NCBI GenBank assembly: GCA_044220955.1
Contig: JBGAQA010000091.1
Location: forward strand, 1-26,304
Direction of reading: 5' to 3'
DNA: 26,304 nucleotides
From: Sandaracinaceae bacterium
GTDB taxonomy: Bacteria; Myxococcota_A; Polyangia; Polyangiales; Sandaracinaceae
Part shown: positions 9,645 to 19,675 of the stretch, piece by piece
Layout of the letters: each line of letters begins with the position of its first letter
How positions within the stretch are numbered: position 1 is the stretch's first letter
Notes under the pieces: model-generated
What the model saw: only the letters and a program-made list of their open reading frames with translations
Databases searched by the model: none
What the model was told of the DNA's origin: nothing
Position numbers and translations under genes: made by a program

Positions 9645-11393
9645 TCACGCGGCCTGGGGGCTCGGTCTCTCGGTGCGCGACGGCAGGAGCTTCGCGCTCG
9701 CGACCGGGCTCTCGCCGAGGGTGAGCAGCGCCAGGACGTCGCCGGTGACCGCGACGTAGGTCATGCGCGCCCCGAGCGCCGCGCCGGCCATCCCGGGCGC
9801 GAACGCGTCCTGGCCCGTCAGGTAGAGGCCCTCGATCTTCGTCTTCGGGCGCAGCCAGTGGGTGTGCTTGGTCCAGCGGTCGCCGCTGATGTCGACGCCG
9901 TACGAGCTGCCCTTCCACGAGCGCGGGTTGCAGCCGATCGGGACGCCGGCGCGCACGACCTTCGGCGTCTTGCCTCGGAGCGCGGGGATGTGCCGCTTGG
10001 CCATCGCCGTCATCGACTCGGTCGCGCCGGCCTCGAAGGCCGCGCGGAAGCCCGGATCGCGCTTGCAGCGCGCGACCCACTCGTGCGCGCCCTCGGCGAG
10101 CACCATGACCGTCGACTGGCCCGGGTAGCGCTGCGCGTGCAGCGGGTCGCGCGCGGAGGGAGAGAGGATGTACCCGGGCATCCCGGCGAACTCCATCGAG
10201 TCCTTGAAGCGGCGGTCGTTGCCGGTGATGTCGTAAGGGTCCTGGCCCTCGAAGTACGGCATGTGCCAGACGATCGGCTTCGGCAGCTCGATCGGCTCGT
10301 CGTAGCCGAGCATCAGGTAGAGGTGCGGCGGGCTCGCCTCGAGCTGCTCGTACTTCCGCGGGTAGCCGAGCGAGGCCGAGATCTCCGGGTCGAGCAGCTC
10401 GACGAACGTGTTCCACGAGCCAGCGTCGGAGATGACCAGCTTGCTGCGGATCTCTTCGCCGTTGCCCAGGCGCACGCCGACCGCGCGGCCGTTCTCGACG
10501 AGGATGCGCTCGACGGGCGAGTGCGTCGCGACCTGTCCCCCGGCCGCCTCGATGATCGGGACGATGCACTCCGGGATCTGCCCGGGTCCGCCGACCGGGA
10601 AGTACGCCCCGTAGCGGTAGTGGAACAGGACCATCGCGTACGCGGCGAAGGGACAGCGGTCCGGCACCTGCCCGAGGTTCCCGTACATGTAGCCGAGCAC
10701 CGACGCGAGGCGGTGCGAGAAGCCGAGCTCGCCCTTCAGCACCGCGCCGAGGCTCCGGTGCATGTACCGCCGCCACGGCGAGCCGATCAGGCGATACGCC
10801 GCCTCGCGCACCGACTCGGGGGTCCACGCCGGGTACACCTTGGTCAGCGCCCACGCCGCGGCCCGACGCTCCACGTGGTCCTCGAGGTCGTAGTAGGCGC
10901 GCGCCTTCTTCCCCTCGCCGGGGAAGCGCCGCTCGATCCACTCGATGTTCTTCTCCATCGACGAGAACCACTCGTAGGTGTCGTCGCCGAAGGTAACCGT
11001 CTCGTGCATGTCGGGCATCTTCGCCCAGCGCAACTGGCCTCCCGTGATGTAGTCGATGTTCGGGCGGTTCACCTTGCGACCGACGCGCGGGTCCATGTCG
11101 CCGATCGAGTCGACGCCGCTCGGGAACTCGAAGCCGTCGATCTCGTGGACGTGCGTGCAGCCGCCCGGGACGATGTTCGCCTCGAGCACGAGCACCTTCG
11201 CCCCACGCCGCTGCGCGAGGAGCGACGCGACACCGAGGCCGCCGATCCCCGAGCCGATCACGATCGCGTCGGGGCGCTCGAGGTAGCGCGTCGGAGCCTG
11301 GTAGCGCTTCTTCGCCGGGCGCGCCGCGTCGAGTGGCGCCGGACCCAGGTACGGCTGCCCGGTCTGGTAGAAAAGTTCTGCGTCGCTGGGCAC
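9645..11393 (-). CDS. Phytoene desaturase/RetSat-family FAD oxidoreductase, divergent paralog
   Basis: IVIGSGIGGL FAD motif, LEANIVPGGCTH, YFPVGG, IEGLYLTGQD; GGAGG SD 5 nt before GTG11393. Confidence 0.85.
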   Translation of the reverse strand: MPSDAELFYQTGQPYLGPAPLDAARPAKKRYQAPTRYLERPDAIVIGSGIGGLGVASLLAQRRGAKVLVLEANIVPGGCTHVHEIDGFEFPSGVDSIGDMDPRVGRKVNRPNIDYITGGQLRWAKMPDMHETVTFGDDTYEWFSSMEKNIEWIERRFPGEGKKARAYYDLEDHVERRAAAWALTKVYPAWTPESVREAAYRLIGSPWRRYMHRSLGAVLKGELGFSHRLASVLGYMYGNLGQVPDRCPFAAYAMVLFHYRYGAYFPVGGPGQIPECIVPIIEAAGGQVATHSPVERILVENGRAVGVRLGNGEEIRSKLVISDAGSWNTFVELLDPEISASLGYPRKYEQLEASPPHLYLMLGYDEPIELPKPIVWHMPYFEGQDPYDITGNDRRFKDSMEFAGMPGYILSPSARDPLHAQRYPGQSTVMVLAEGAHEWVARCKRDPGFRAAFEAGATESMTAMAKRHIPALRGKTPKVVRAGVPIGCNPRSWKGSSYGVDISGDRWTKHTHWLRPKTKIEGLYLTGQDAFAPGMAGAALGARMTYVAVTGDVLALLTLGESPVASAKLLPSRTERPSPQAA

Positions 11394-11404
11394 GGGCACC
11401 TCCC

Positions 11405-13027
11405 TCAGAGCAGTCGGACGAACACCCGCGGCTGGATCGCCGCGGCGGTGAGCACGCCGGACACGAGCGCGCCGGTCACGCCGGGCGTCAGCACGTCCGA
11501 GCCGGTGAGATAGAGGCCCCTCATCGGCGTGTGCGCGGTGAGGTTCGCGTTGGCGAAGCGCGCCGGCGTCGTCTCGTAGCCGTACATGCCGCCGTGCCAC
11601 GCGCGCGCGAAGTGCACGGCCGAGACCGGCGTCGACATCTCGTGGTGGACGAGATGCTTCATGATCGCGGGCATGCGTCGCGTGACGTGAGCCAGCAGGC
11701 GCGCCTGGACCTCGGCCTTGAGCGCGTCGTAGGCCTCGCCGCGCCGGCCCCAGCGCGTCTCGGTCCAGCGCTCGAAGGTCTCCCAGTGGACCCAGGCCAG
11801 CACCTCGCCGGTGTTCCGCTTCTCCGAGTCGGCCGCGAGGGCGGGATCCTTCAGCGAGGGGAAGGACACGTAGCAGATGGGCGGGACGGAGGAGGGATCG
11901 GTGACGTCCCAGAAGTAGTTCTCGGGGTCCCACGACTCGAGCAGCCAGTTGTTGGTCTCGCTCGCCCCGGCCTGCCGGATGTCGCCGGCGAAGCCGAGGT
12001 TGAGGCAGAGGTACGCGGCGACGCCCTGGATGCTCTCGAGGCTCTTGGCCCACGCGCTCTGCCGGCGATCGGCGGGCAGGAGGCGCTGGACGGTGTTCTG
12101 GCCGCCGATCGCCGAGACGACGCGATCGGCGTGGAGGCGGCGTCCATCGTCGAGGCGGACCCCGACGGCGCGCTCGCCCTCGAAGAGGATCTCGTCGACC
12201 GGCGCGCGCACGTAGGTCTCGCCGCCACCGGCGCGGATGGTCTCGAGCAGGCAGCGCGCGAACGACTCCGAGCCGCCGACCGGATAGTAGGCGCCGCGGA
12301 AGAAGTGCTTCGCGACCATGGCATGCATTCCGAAGCTCGAGCGGCTCGGCGGGCTGCCGTAGTAGCCCCACTGCGAGACGAGGAGCGTCTTGAGCCGCGC
12401 GTCCCGGAAGAGCTCGTCCATCACCTCGCGCGTCGTGCGATCCCAGTAGCGCCGCCACGTCCACCCGATCGCCCCGGAGACGACGCGGCCGACCCACGGC
12501 GGCATCGCCTTGAGCGCGTAGAACGGCCGCGTGACGTCGAAGACCGTGCGGCAGAGTCGGAAGTAGCGCTTGATGGCGGCCGCCTCGGCCGGGAACGACG
12601 CGATCAGGTGCGCCTCGAAGACATCGACGTCGCTCTCGTAGGTGAACTGCACGGCGTCGGGGAAGTGGAAGCGCTCGTACGTCACGGGCAGCCGTCGCAT
12701 CGCGAGCTTGCCGTCGGTGAGCCAGGCCAGGAGCTTGCCGGGGACGTCGTCGAGGCTCTGCTCGCCGACGCAGTGCACGCCGACGTCCCAGCGATAGCCC
12801 TTGCGCGTGAAGCAGTGCGTCATCCCGCCCGGCACGTAGTGCTGCTCGAGGAGCAACACGCGCTGGCCGTGCTTCGAGAGCGCCGCGCCGCACGCCATGC
12901 CGCCGATGCCCGACCCGACGATGATCGTGTCCCAGCGGCCGGTGGGCGCGTGCCGCCGCGCGGAGCGATAGAGCCCGCTCTTGCGCAGAGGTAGCGCGTC
13001 GGCCGTGCCCTGGGTCGCGACGAGCAT
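11405..13027 (-). CDS. All-trans-retinol 13,14-reductase (RetSat)-like / phytoene desaturase-family FAD oxidoreductase
   Basis: IIVGSGIGG, LEQHYVPGGMTHCF, WDVGVH, YYPVGGS, FPSLKDP, STPVS..HF....GGMYG, GLYLTGSD. Confidence 0.88.
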   Translation of the reverse strand: MLVATQGTADALPLRKSGLYRSARRHAPTGRWDTIIVGSGIGGMACGAALSKHGQRVLLLEQHYVPGGMTHCFTRKGYRWDVGVHCVGEQSLDDVPGKLLAWLTDGKLAMRRLPVTYERFHFPDAVQFTYESDVDVFEAHLIASFPAEAAAIKRYFRLCRTVFDVTRPFYALKAMPPWVGRVVSGAIGWTWRRYWDRTTREVMDELFRDARLKTLLVSQWGYYGSPPSRSSFGMHAMVAKHFFRGAYYPVGGSESFARCLLETIRAGGGETYVRAPVDEILFEGERAVGVRLDDGRRLHADRVVSAIGGQNTVQRLLPADRRQSAWAKSLESIQGVAAYLCLNLGFAGDIRQAGASETNNWLLESWDPENYFWDVTDPSSVPPICYVSFPSLKDPALAADSEKRNTGEVLAWVHWETFERWTETRWGRRGEAYDALKAEVQARLLAHVTRRMPAIMKHLVHHEMSTPVSAVHFARAWHGGMYGYETTPARFANANLTAHTPMRGLYLTGSDVLTPGVTGALVSGVLTAAAIQPRVFVRLL

Positions 13028-13637
13028 CCGGCGCACTTGAGCGCACGCGCGGAGCCCGACGCGTGATCGCGATCAAGTCGGCCGCAGAGCGCGCTCGGCG
13101 ACGGCTTTCGCGCCCACGCGTTGGGCATCCAGGCGCCGTCACCGCCGAACGTTCGGCCGTCAGGCTGCACGGAGTGCACCGCGCTGATCGGTGCGGTCGC
13201 GGCTACGTCCGCAAGGGCCGCGCGCGCAAGGATCCACACGTGAGCACGGTGCGATCCTGGTCGGCACCGTCGTGCTGGTGTTGTTCGGTGTGGTGCCGCT
13301 CCAGGGTTACCTGACCGGCACCCTCCACGACGAGAACGGCTGCCCCACGTCGCTGCTCGGCGTGTTGCCTCTCCTCGCGTGCGGCGCGTTCGGCCGTCGT
13401 AGACATCGCAGCGCCGGAAGCTCGCGCCCGCCGGCAAGTCGTCCTCGGGTGTGCTCTGACGAGCGCGCGTCCGACGAATCCCGAGCCCCCGGCGACCGCC
13501 ACGCGCGCTCTTGGTATGGTCATGGCGAGCTCATGGTCGGCGTTCCGCCCGAATGTCTTTCCTTGGGCGTGCACGGCCCGGCCGCGAACGTCGGCTCGAC
13601 GTGCGCGTCGTCGAGGGCATTCTCGGGCTCCTGGAAC

Positions 13638-14606
13638 GTGCCGACCCCCGCCCGCGCATTCTGGCTCGCTCTCACGATCGCCGCGTTGATGCTGGCGACG
13701 GGCTGCACGCGGAACCTCGGCGCGCTGGTGCGCACCGGCCCCGACGATCCGGGGGAGCGCATCATCGGCCTCTACGACTGCGAGGAGGGACGTCCCGACG
13801 TCGCGAACATCGACCCGACGCGACCCATGACGATCCTCGTTCACGGGTGCACTTCGTCGGGCGCGCGCTTTCGAACGCTGGCGCAGGTCTTCGAGCTGCA
13901 CGGTCAACAGACCCTCTGCTTCAACTACAACGATCGCGACTACCTCAACACGTCTGCGACCCAGCTCGCGCTCGCGCTGAGCGAGCTCGAAGAGCGGATC
14001 GAGCCCGGGCAGATCACCCTCCTCGGCCACAGCCAGGGCGGCCTCGTGGCGCGCCGCGCGTTGCAAGCGGATCTGACGCGCCCTCTCCACACCCGAGAGG
14101 GCTTCACCTATCGCCTGGTGACGGTGTCCTCGCCTCTGCACGGGATCGACTCTTCGGCAGACTGCGGACAGGTGTGGCTGCACGTCATCTCGCTCTCCAT
14201 CACCGTCGCCGTGTGTCTCGCGGTGACGGGGAACAAGTGGACGGAGATCCCGCCCGGCTCCCGCTTCATGACCAACCCGTCGCCGCTCGTGGACGAGGTC
14301 AGCGGCCACTTGCAGATCGTCACCGACGAGCGAGCCACCTGTCGCGAAGAGCGGGACGACGGAACGTGCGAGACCGACGACTTCGTCTTCGGGCTCCACG
14401 AGCAGTACAGCGACGTGGTTCGAGCCGACGCGCGCGTCTCCGTGGTCGAGGTCGCCGCAGGACACGCGGCGATCGTCGGCGAGAACCTCCGTCCTCCGCT
14501 CCTGCTCCTCTCGGTCCTGCAGGCGCATGGAATTCTCGCGCCGACACCTCCAGAGCGCGAGCCCGAAGTCGTTGCGTTGTTGGGACGCCTCTACCCTCGC
14601 GACTGA
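13638..14606 (+). CDS. Alpha/beta-hydrolase (lipase/esterase-like) lipoprotein
   Basis: Lipobox LATGC, ILVHG, GHSQGG nucleophile elbow, SSPLHG, C-terminal GH; start chosen from the signal peptide position. Confidence 0.8.
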   Translation: MPTPARAFWLALTIAALMLATGCTRNLGALVRTGPDDPGERIIGLYDCEEGRPDVANIDPTRPMTILVHGCTSSGARFRTLAQVFELHGQQTLCFNYNDRDYLNTSATQLALALSELEERIEPGQITLLGHSQGGLVARRALQADLTRPLHTREGFTYRLVTVSSPLHGIDSSADCGQVWLHVISLSITVAVCLAVTGNKWTEIPPGSRFMTNPSPLVDEVSGHLQIVTDERATCREERDDGTCETDDFVFGLHEQYSDVVRADARVSVVEVAAGHAAIVGENLRPPLLLLSVLQAHGILAPTPPEREPEVVALLGRLYPRD

Positions 14607-14651
14607 GGGCATAGTCCCCATCAACGCCGGTTTGTCCCACTGGTAGATCCC

Positions 14652-14687
14652 GTCCTTTCACCTGATGTGGAGCATCGGCGAAAGGGC
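14652..14687. terminator. Hairpin between convergent genes, possible bidirectional terminator
   Basis: CCTTTC-A-CC-T-GATG/CATC-GG-C-GAAAGG stem; no U-tract. Confidence 0.35.
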
Positions 14688-14696
14688 AGGCCCCCC

Positions 14697-15128
14697 CTAG
14701 TGGGTGAGCGTCCAGGTGCACACCGTGGCCTCGGGCGACCCCGTACGGTACTCGAGCGTCCCGGTCGTCAGGTTGCCTACCGCACGGCCGATCGTGCCTG
14801 CCTCGCTCCCGAGACCTGGCACGGTGAGCGGTGCGCTCCAGGCACCAGATGCCGCGAGCGGGCCGCCGTCGGAGAAGAAGGTGCCCGTGGTCGAGCCCGC
14901 GTCGAGGCCGAGGCGCACGGAGCAGCCGGTCTGCTCCACCATCACGGTCGTCACCATCGCGCACGCCATCATCCCGGTCATGCCCGGCGTCGCTGTCCAC
15001 GTGCCGCCGACCGAGGGGCACGTACTCGCATCGCCGCTCGGCATGGAGCTGGGGTTGTTGCAGGCGCTCAGCCCGAGCGTGGAAAGGGCAGCAAGGACCA
15101 TCAGGCTACGAACACTCTTCGACGACAT
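14697..15128 (-). CDS. Small lipoprotein (143 aa), beta-rich, lipocalin-like GxW motif
   Basis: Lipobox LSAC, VGGTW, 4 further Cys; GGAG upstream of ATG15128. Confidence 0.75.
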   Translation of the reverse strand: MSSKSVRSLMVLAALSTLGLSACNNPSSMPSGDASTCPSVGGTWTATPGMTGMMACAMVTTVMVEQTGCSVRLGLDAGSTTGTFFSDGGPLAASGAWSAPLTVPGLGSEAGTIGRAVGNLTTGTLEYRTGSPEATVCTWTLTH

Positions 15129-15417
15129 CGGACACACTCCAGATCGGGGGCGAGTCGGGCGCCGTCTCACGGCGACTGCGGCGGCACGCCCCGACGCGCC
15201 GCGCTCTCTTCACGTGAGCCGCCGAGCGCGCGGCTGGCCATCCACCCGTCGCCCAGCCCTTGACGGGGTGAACCGTAGGCGGCGGCTCGAGGTGTTTCCA
15301 TGCGCAATTCGACCGCGCGCAACTACCTACGACGCGTGCGCACTCGAGCCGTCGGCAGGCGCCCCGAGACGGGGCGGAGCTTGGTTGGCGAACCCGCGAG
15401 CAACACGCACGCGACGG

Positions 15418-15447
15418 TTGACACGCCGGCGACAGCGCGGCTACCAC
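15418..15447 (+). promoter_or_regulatory. Putative sigma70 promoter TTGACA-N18-TACCAC directly before ATG15453
   Basis: Perfect -35 box; -10 box 5 nt before the start codon; no SD. Confidence 0.5.
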
Positions 15448-15452
15448 GGCGA

Positions 15453-16562
15453 ATGCGCAAGGTCCGGGCAGCCCGACGGGGTACCGAGGCCGAGGTGTCG
15501 GCCGTCGCGGCCGTGCTCGACGTGGTGGACCGCGCCTACGACGTCGAGTCGACCGACGAGGCCTGGGTGCGTGGCATCACGGGCGCCTCGTTGCCGCTCG
15601 TCGACTCGGGGATGGGAGTGCACGGCTTCCGCTTCGACCTCGCGACGGGCCTCGTCGGTGACCCGGCGCTCGCCGGCGGATCGGACGAGTGGGCGTCGCG
15701 CTGGCGCGAGGTCTGGTGGGAGGGCTTCATGCTGCGCCTGCCGCCGAGCGCGCTCCGCACGATGGCGGAGTTCGGGCCCATCTCGCACACCACGGATCTC
15801 TGGGCAGCCACGGCCAAGCAGATCCCCACGTTCGAGGAGATGCTCACGCAGCGCGGGCGCGGCTCCTTCGAGTCCGTGGGCGCGGTCAGCACCGGCATGC
15901 AGTACCCGGACTCGCTGAACGTCGTCGCGGTCGACGCCAGCGGGATCGGCGTGGCGCTCTGCGCCAACCGCGAGCAGGTGGCCTCCGCGCCGCCCGACGC
16001 GCGTGCGCGCTGGATCCTCGCGAGGGTCGTCGGGCACATCGCCGCGGCGGCTCGCCTGCGCGCGCGGCTCGGACGGTCGCGCCTCTTGGACCAGGCCGAC
16101 GCGGTGCTCGCGCCCCACGGCGCCGTGCTGCACGCAGAGCCGTCCACTCAGGCACGCGTGACGCGAGAGGCGCTGCGCGCCGCCGCGCGCGACGTGACCT
16201 CGGCTCGGAACAAGCGGGCCACGGATCCCGAGGACGTCGTGGGCACCTGGCGCGCCCTCTACGCGGGCGAATTCTCGGTCGTGGACGTGTTCGACAGCGA
16301 CGGCCGCCGCTTCGTCGTCGCCAAGTCCAACGCACCGACACCGCCGGCGCCCGTGAGACCGAGCGCGATGTCCAAGCGCGAGCAGCAGGTGATGGCGCTG
16401 CTCGCGTCGGGCTGTTCGAACAAGCTCATCGCGTACGAGCTCGGGCTCACTCCCTCGACCGTCAGCAAGCACGTCAGGACGATCGCCCGCGCGCTCGGTG
16501 CGGGCAGCACCTCGGAGCTCGTGACGCGCGCGCGTCGCCTGCGTGACGAGACGAGCGCTTGA
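15453..16562 (+). CDS. LuxR-family HTH regulator with a large N-terminal domain of unknown type
   Basis: C-terminal MSKREQQVMALLASGCSNKLIAYELGLTPSTVSKHV HTH. Confidence 0.85.
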   Translation: MRKVRAARRGTEAEVSAVAAVLDVVDRAYDVESTDEAWVRGITGASLPLVDSGMGVHGFRFDLATGLVGDPALAGGSDEWASRWREVWWEGFMLRLPPSALRTMAEFGPISHTTDLWAATAKQIPTFEEMLTQRGRGSFESVGAVSTGMQYPDSLNVVAVDASGIGVALCANREQVASAPPDARARWILARVVGHIAAAARLRARLGRSRLLDQADAVLAPHGAVLHAEPSTQARVTREALRAAARDVTSARNKRATDPEDVVGTWRALYAGEFSVVDVFDSDGRRFVVAKSNAPTPPAPVRPSAMSKREQQVMALLASGCSNKLIAYELGLTPSTVSKHVRTIARALGAGSTSELVTRARRLRDETSA

Positions 16563-16876
16563 TGCGAGACCGAGACGACGCGCCGCCTCCTCCCGCCGGT
16601 CTGAAGGCTTCGCGAATGCGCGTCGGCGGCGAAGAGCTGATCGTGCTTTCTTGGCCCGACGCCCAGGCAAGCCTCCCGGATGCGCCGAACCTCACTCCGG
16701 CCGAGCGAGACGTCGGGCGCCTCCTGCTCGAAGGGTGTAGCGACGCCGAGGTCGCATCCGTGCGCAAGACCTCCGTTCGCACCGTCGGCAAGCAGGTGGC
16801 GAGTCTCTACCGAAAGCTCGGGATCAGCTCGCGTCGAGAGCTTTGGGCTCGGGCTCGGAGTCCGAGGGCGCGCTGA
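16562..16876 (+). CDS. Small stand-alone LuxR-type HTH protein
   Basis: LTPAERDVGRLLLEGCSDAEVASVRKTSVRTVGKQVASLYRKLGISSRREL; TGATG overlap with the upstream gene. Confidence 0.85.
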   Translation: MRDRDDAPPPPAGLKASRMRVGGEELIVLSWPDAQASLPDAPNLTPAERDVGRLLLEGCSDAEVASVRKTSVRTVGKQVASLYRKLGISSRRELWARARSPRAR

Positions 16877-17155
16877 GCGTGCAGCACGACACGGGAGGAG
16901 AAGCGCGCATCGGCGCGCTCGGGTCGAGGTGTGGAGATGCCGACGCCCAAGCGGGGCGTCGAAAGCCCGCGAGGCGTCGGGGTCGGGCGGTCCGCGGGCG
17001 GGGCGCACGTCCGAGCAGTGAGCTCAGCGCGCCGCCCGTGCCGCGCGCGACGGTGCCGGAAGCGCAAGCCCACCGGGCGCGGCGGGCTCGACGGGTCCAC
17101 GCTGCCCGTCGAGGAGGCCTGCGCGCCCTTCGTCTTTCGGATATACGAGCGCGTC

Positions 17156-19633
17156 GTGAGCGAGAACCGCTGGGTCGTACACAAGTTCGGGGGCACGAGC
17201 GTCGCGGGGCCGGAGCGCTACCGGGGCGTCGCGCGGATCGTCCGGGGCTACACCAGGGCGCCGCAGGGCGTCGTCGTGTCGGCCATGTCGAAGGTCACCG
17301 ACGCGCTGCTCGAGCTGGTCGAGCGGGCACGGCGTCGGGAGAGCTACGAGGCCGCGCTCGAGGCGCTGGTCGCGCGGCACGCGGAGACCGCCAGCACGCT
17401 CCTGCCCGCCGCGGAGGCCGAGCGGATGACCGGAATCGTCCGGGGCGACGCGCGCGACCTCGGCGACGTGCTGCGGGCCGTCCACCTCGGCCGGAGCGCC
17501 TCCGAGCTGACCGAGGAGCTCGTCTCGGGCTACGGCGAGATCTGGTCGGCCCAGATGCTCTGCGCGCACCTGCGCGCCGAGGGGGTCGAGGCGGCCTGGC
17601 TCGACGCGCGCGACGTGCTGACCGTCCGCCCGAGCGAGCTCGGCCCGCGCATCGACTGGGTGGCCTCGAGCGAGAAGCTCGACGCGTGGCTCGCGCAGCA
17701 CGCGACGCGCACGCTGGTCATCACGGGGTTCGTGGCGTCGACGCCGGAGGGCGTTCCCACGACGCTCAAGCGCAACGGCAGCGACTTCTCGGGGTCCATC
17801 TTCGGAGCGCTCCTCGACGCGTCCGAGATCGTGATCTGGACGGACGTGGACGGCGTGCTCTCGGCCGATCCGCGGCGCGTGCCCGAGGCCGTCGTGCTCG
17901 ACGCGATGAGCTACGACGAGGCGTGCGAGCTCGCGTACTTCGGCGCGAAGGTGCTGCACCCGCGGACGATGGAGCCCGCCGTCCGGAGCGGGATCCCGAT
18001 CTGGATCCGCAACACGTTCGCGCCCGACAAGCCCGGCTCCAAGATCGCCTCGCGCGCCGCGCTCGAGGGGACGCCGCGCCGCCCCGTCGCGGGGTTCTCG
18101 ACGGTCGATCGCATCGCGCTGCTCAACGTCGAGGGCAGCGGGATGATGGGCGTGCCGGGCGTGGCCGAGCGCCTCTTCAGCGCGCTGCGCGCGCACGGCG
18201 TCTCGGTGGTGCTCATCTCGCAGGCGAGCTCGGAGCACTCGATCTGCCTCGCGGTGTCGGAGGGGCAGGGCGAGCTGGCGCGGGCCGCCGTCGAGAAGGC
18301 GTTCGCGGCGGAGCTCGCCACGCGCGAGATCGCGAGCGTCGATCTCAGCGGCGGCCACAGCGTGCTCGCCGCGGTCGGGGACGGGATGGCCAAGCTCCCG
18401 GGAGTCGCCGCGACCTTCTTCGGGGCGCTCGCGCGCGCGGGCGTGAACGTCCGCGCCATCGCGCAGGGCTCGAGCGAGCGGAACATCTCGGTCGTCGTGG
18501 ACGGCGCGGACTCGACGCGCGCGCTCCGCGCGGTGCACGCCGGGTTCGTGCTGAGCGAGAAGGTGCTCTCGCTCGGCCTCGTCGGCCCGGGCGGCGTCGG
18601 GCGCGCGCTGCTGGCGCAGCTCGCCGAGCGCGCGCCCGTCCTGCGCGAGAAGCACGGCGTGGATCTGCGCCTGCGGGCGGTCGCGAGCTCCAAGCGGATG
18701 CTGCTCTCGGACGCGGCGATCCCCGCCGACGACGCGGTCGCGCGGCTCGAGAAGGACGGGGTGCCGCTCGATCTCGCGGCGCTCGCCGCCCACGTCCGCG
18801 CCCCGCACCTTCCGCACGGCGTGATCCTGGACTGCTCGGCCAGCGACGCGGTCGCGGGAAAGTACGAGGCGTGGCTCGAGGCAGGCGTGCACGTGGTGAC
18901 GCCGAACAAGCGCGCCGGCTCGGGCCCCTTCGCGCGCTACCGGGCGCTGCGAGGCCAGGAGAGCCGCGGGCGCCACTTCCTCTACGAGGCGACGGTCGGC
19001 GCGGGCCTGCCGATCATCGCGACCCTACGCGACCTCTCGCGCACGGGCGACCGCATCGATCGCGTCGAGGGCGTGCTGAGCGGCACGCTCTCGTACGTGT
19101 TCAACGTCTACGACGGCGCGCGCCCCTTCTCGGAGGTGGTGCGCGAGGCCAAGCGGCTCGGCTACACCGAGCCCGACCCCCGCGACGATCTCTCCGGGGC
19201 CGACGTCGCACGCAAGCTCGTCATCCTCGCCCGCGAGATGGGGCGCGACATCGAGCTCGGCGACGTGCGCGTGGAGTCGCTCGTGCCGGCGAGCGCGGCC
19301 GGGGCGCCGAGCGCGGAGGCGTTCCTCGACAAGCTCGCGAGCGGCGACGGCGACATGGCCGCGCGCCTCGCGACGGCCCGCGCGAAGGGCGCGGTCCTGC
19401 GCTACGTGGGGGTCGTCGAGCGCGAGGGGATCGCGCGCGTCTCGCTCGAGGCCTACCCGGAGACGCACCCCTTCGCGCGCCTGGGCGCCACGGACAACAT
19501 CTTCGCCTTCACCACGGCCCGCTACGCCGCGCGCCCCCTCGTCGTGCAGGGGCCCGGCGCGGGCCCCGACGTGACGGCGGGCGGAGTGTTCGCCGATCTG
19601 CTGCGGCTGGCCGACTGGGTCGGGGGCCACTGA
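17156..19633 (+). CDS. thrA: Bifunctional aspartokinase / homoserine dehydrogenase
   Basis: VHKFGGTS, VVSAM, TTLKRNGSDFS, WTDVDG; two ACT domains (ISQASSE, IAQGSSE); GPGGVG, YEATVGAGLP, TEPDPRDDLSG, GPGAG. Confidence 0.95.
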   Translation: MSENRWVVHKFGGTSVAGPERYRGVARIVRGYTRAPQGVVVSAMSKVTDALLELVERARRRESYEAALEALVARHAETASTLLPAAEAERMTGIVRGDARDLGDVLRAVHLGRSASELTEELVSGYGEIWSAQMLCAHLRAEGVEAAWLDARDVLTVRPSELGPRIDWVASSEKLDAWLAQHATRTLVITGFVASTPEGVPTTLKRNGSDFSGSIFGALLDASEIVIWTDVDGVLSADPRRVPEAVVLDAMSYDEACELAYFGAKVLHPRTMEPAVRSGIPIWIRNTFAPDKPGSKIASRAALEGTPRRPVAGFSTVDRIALLNVEGSGMMGVPGVAERLFSALRAHGVSVVLISQASSEHSICLAVSEGQGELARAAVEKAFAAELATREIASVDLSGGHSVLAAVGDGMAKLPGVAATFFGALARAGVNVRAIAQGSSERNISVVVDGADSTRALRAVHAGFVLSEKVLSLGLVGPGGVGRALLAQLAERAPVLREKHGVDLRLRAVASSKRMLLSDAAIPADDAVARLEKDGVPLDLAALAAHVRAPHLPHGVILDCSASDAVAGKYEAWLEAGVHVVTPNKRAGSGPFARYRALRGQESRGRHFLYEATVGAGLPIIATLRDLSRTGDRIDRVEGVLSGTLSYVFNVYDGARPFSEVVREAKRLGYTEPDPRDDLSGADVARKLVILAREMGRDIELGDVRVESLVPASAAGAPSAEAFLDKLASGDGDMAARLATARAKGAVLRYVGVVEREGIARVSLEAYPETHPFARLGATDNIFAFTTARYAARPLVVQGPGAGPDVTAGGVFADLLRLADWVGGH

Positions 19634-19675
19634 TCCAGGGTCGGGGGGCGCTTCGGTGTACCATTCGAGCAGCCG

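Noticed and set aside
9645..13142. Single 1165-aa fused oxidoreductase
   Set aside because: The N-terminal half is an off-frame shadow of the 11405..13027 gene; the real start is GTG11393 with its own SD.
13191..13637. N-terminal extension of the hydrolase
   Set aside because: The lipoprotein signal begins at ~13638; the upstream hydrophobic stretch (GAILVGTVVLVLFG) may be a remnant but cannot be assigned.
16880..17155. thrL attenuator or SAM/lysine riboswitch
   Set aside because: No Thr/Ile-rich leader peptide and no recognisable riboswitch consensus.
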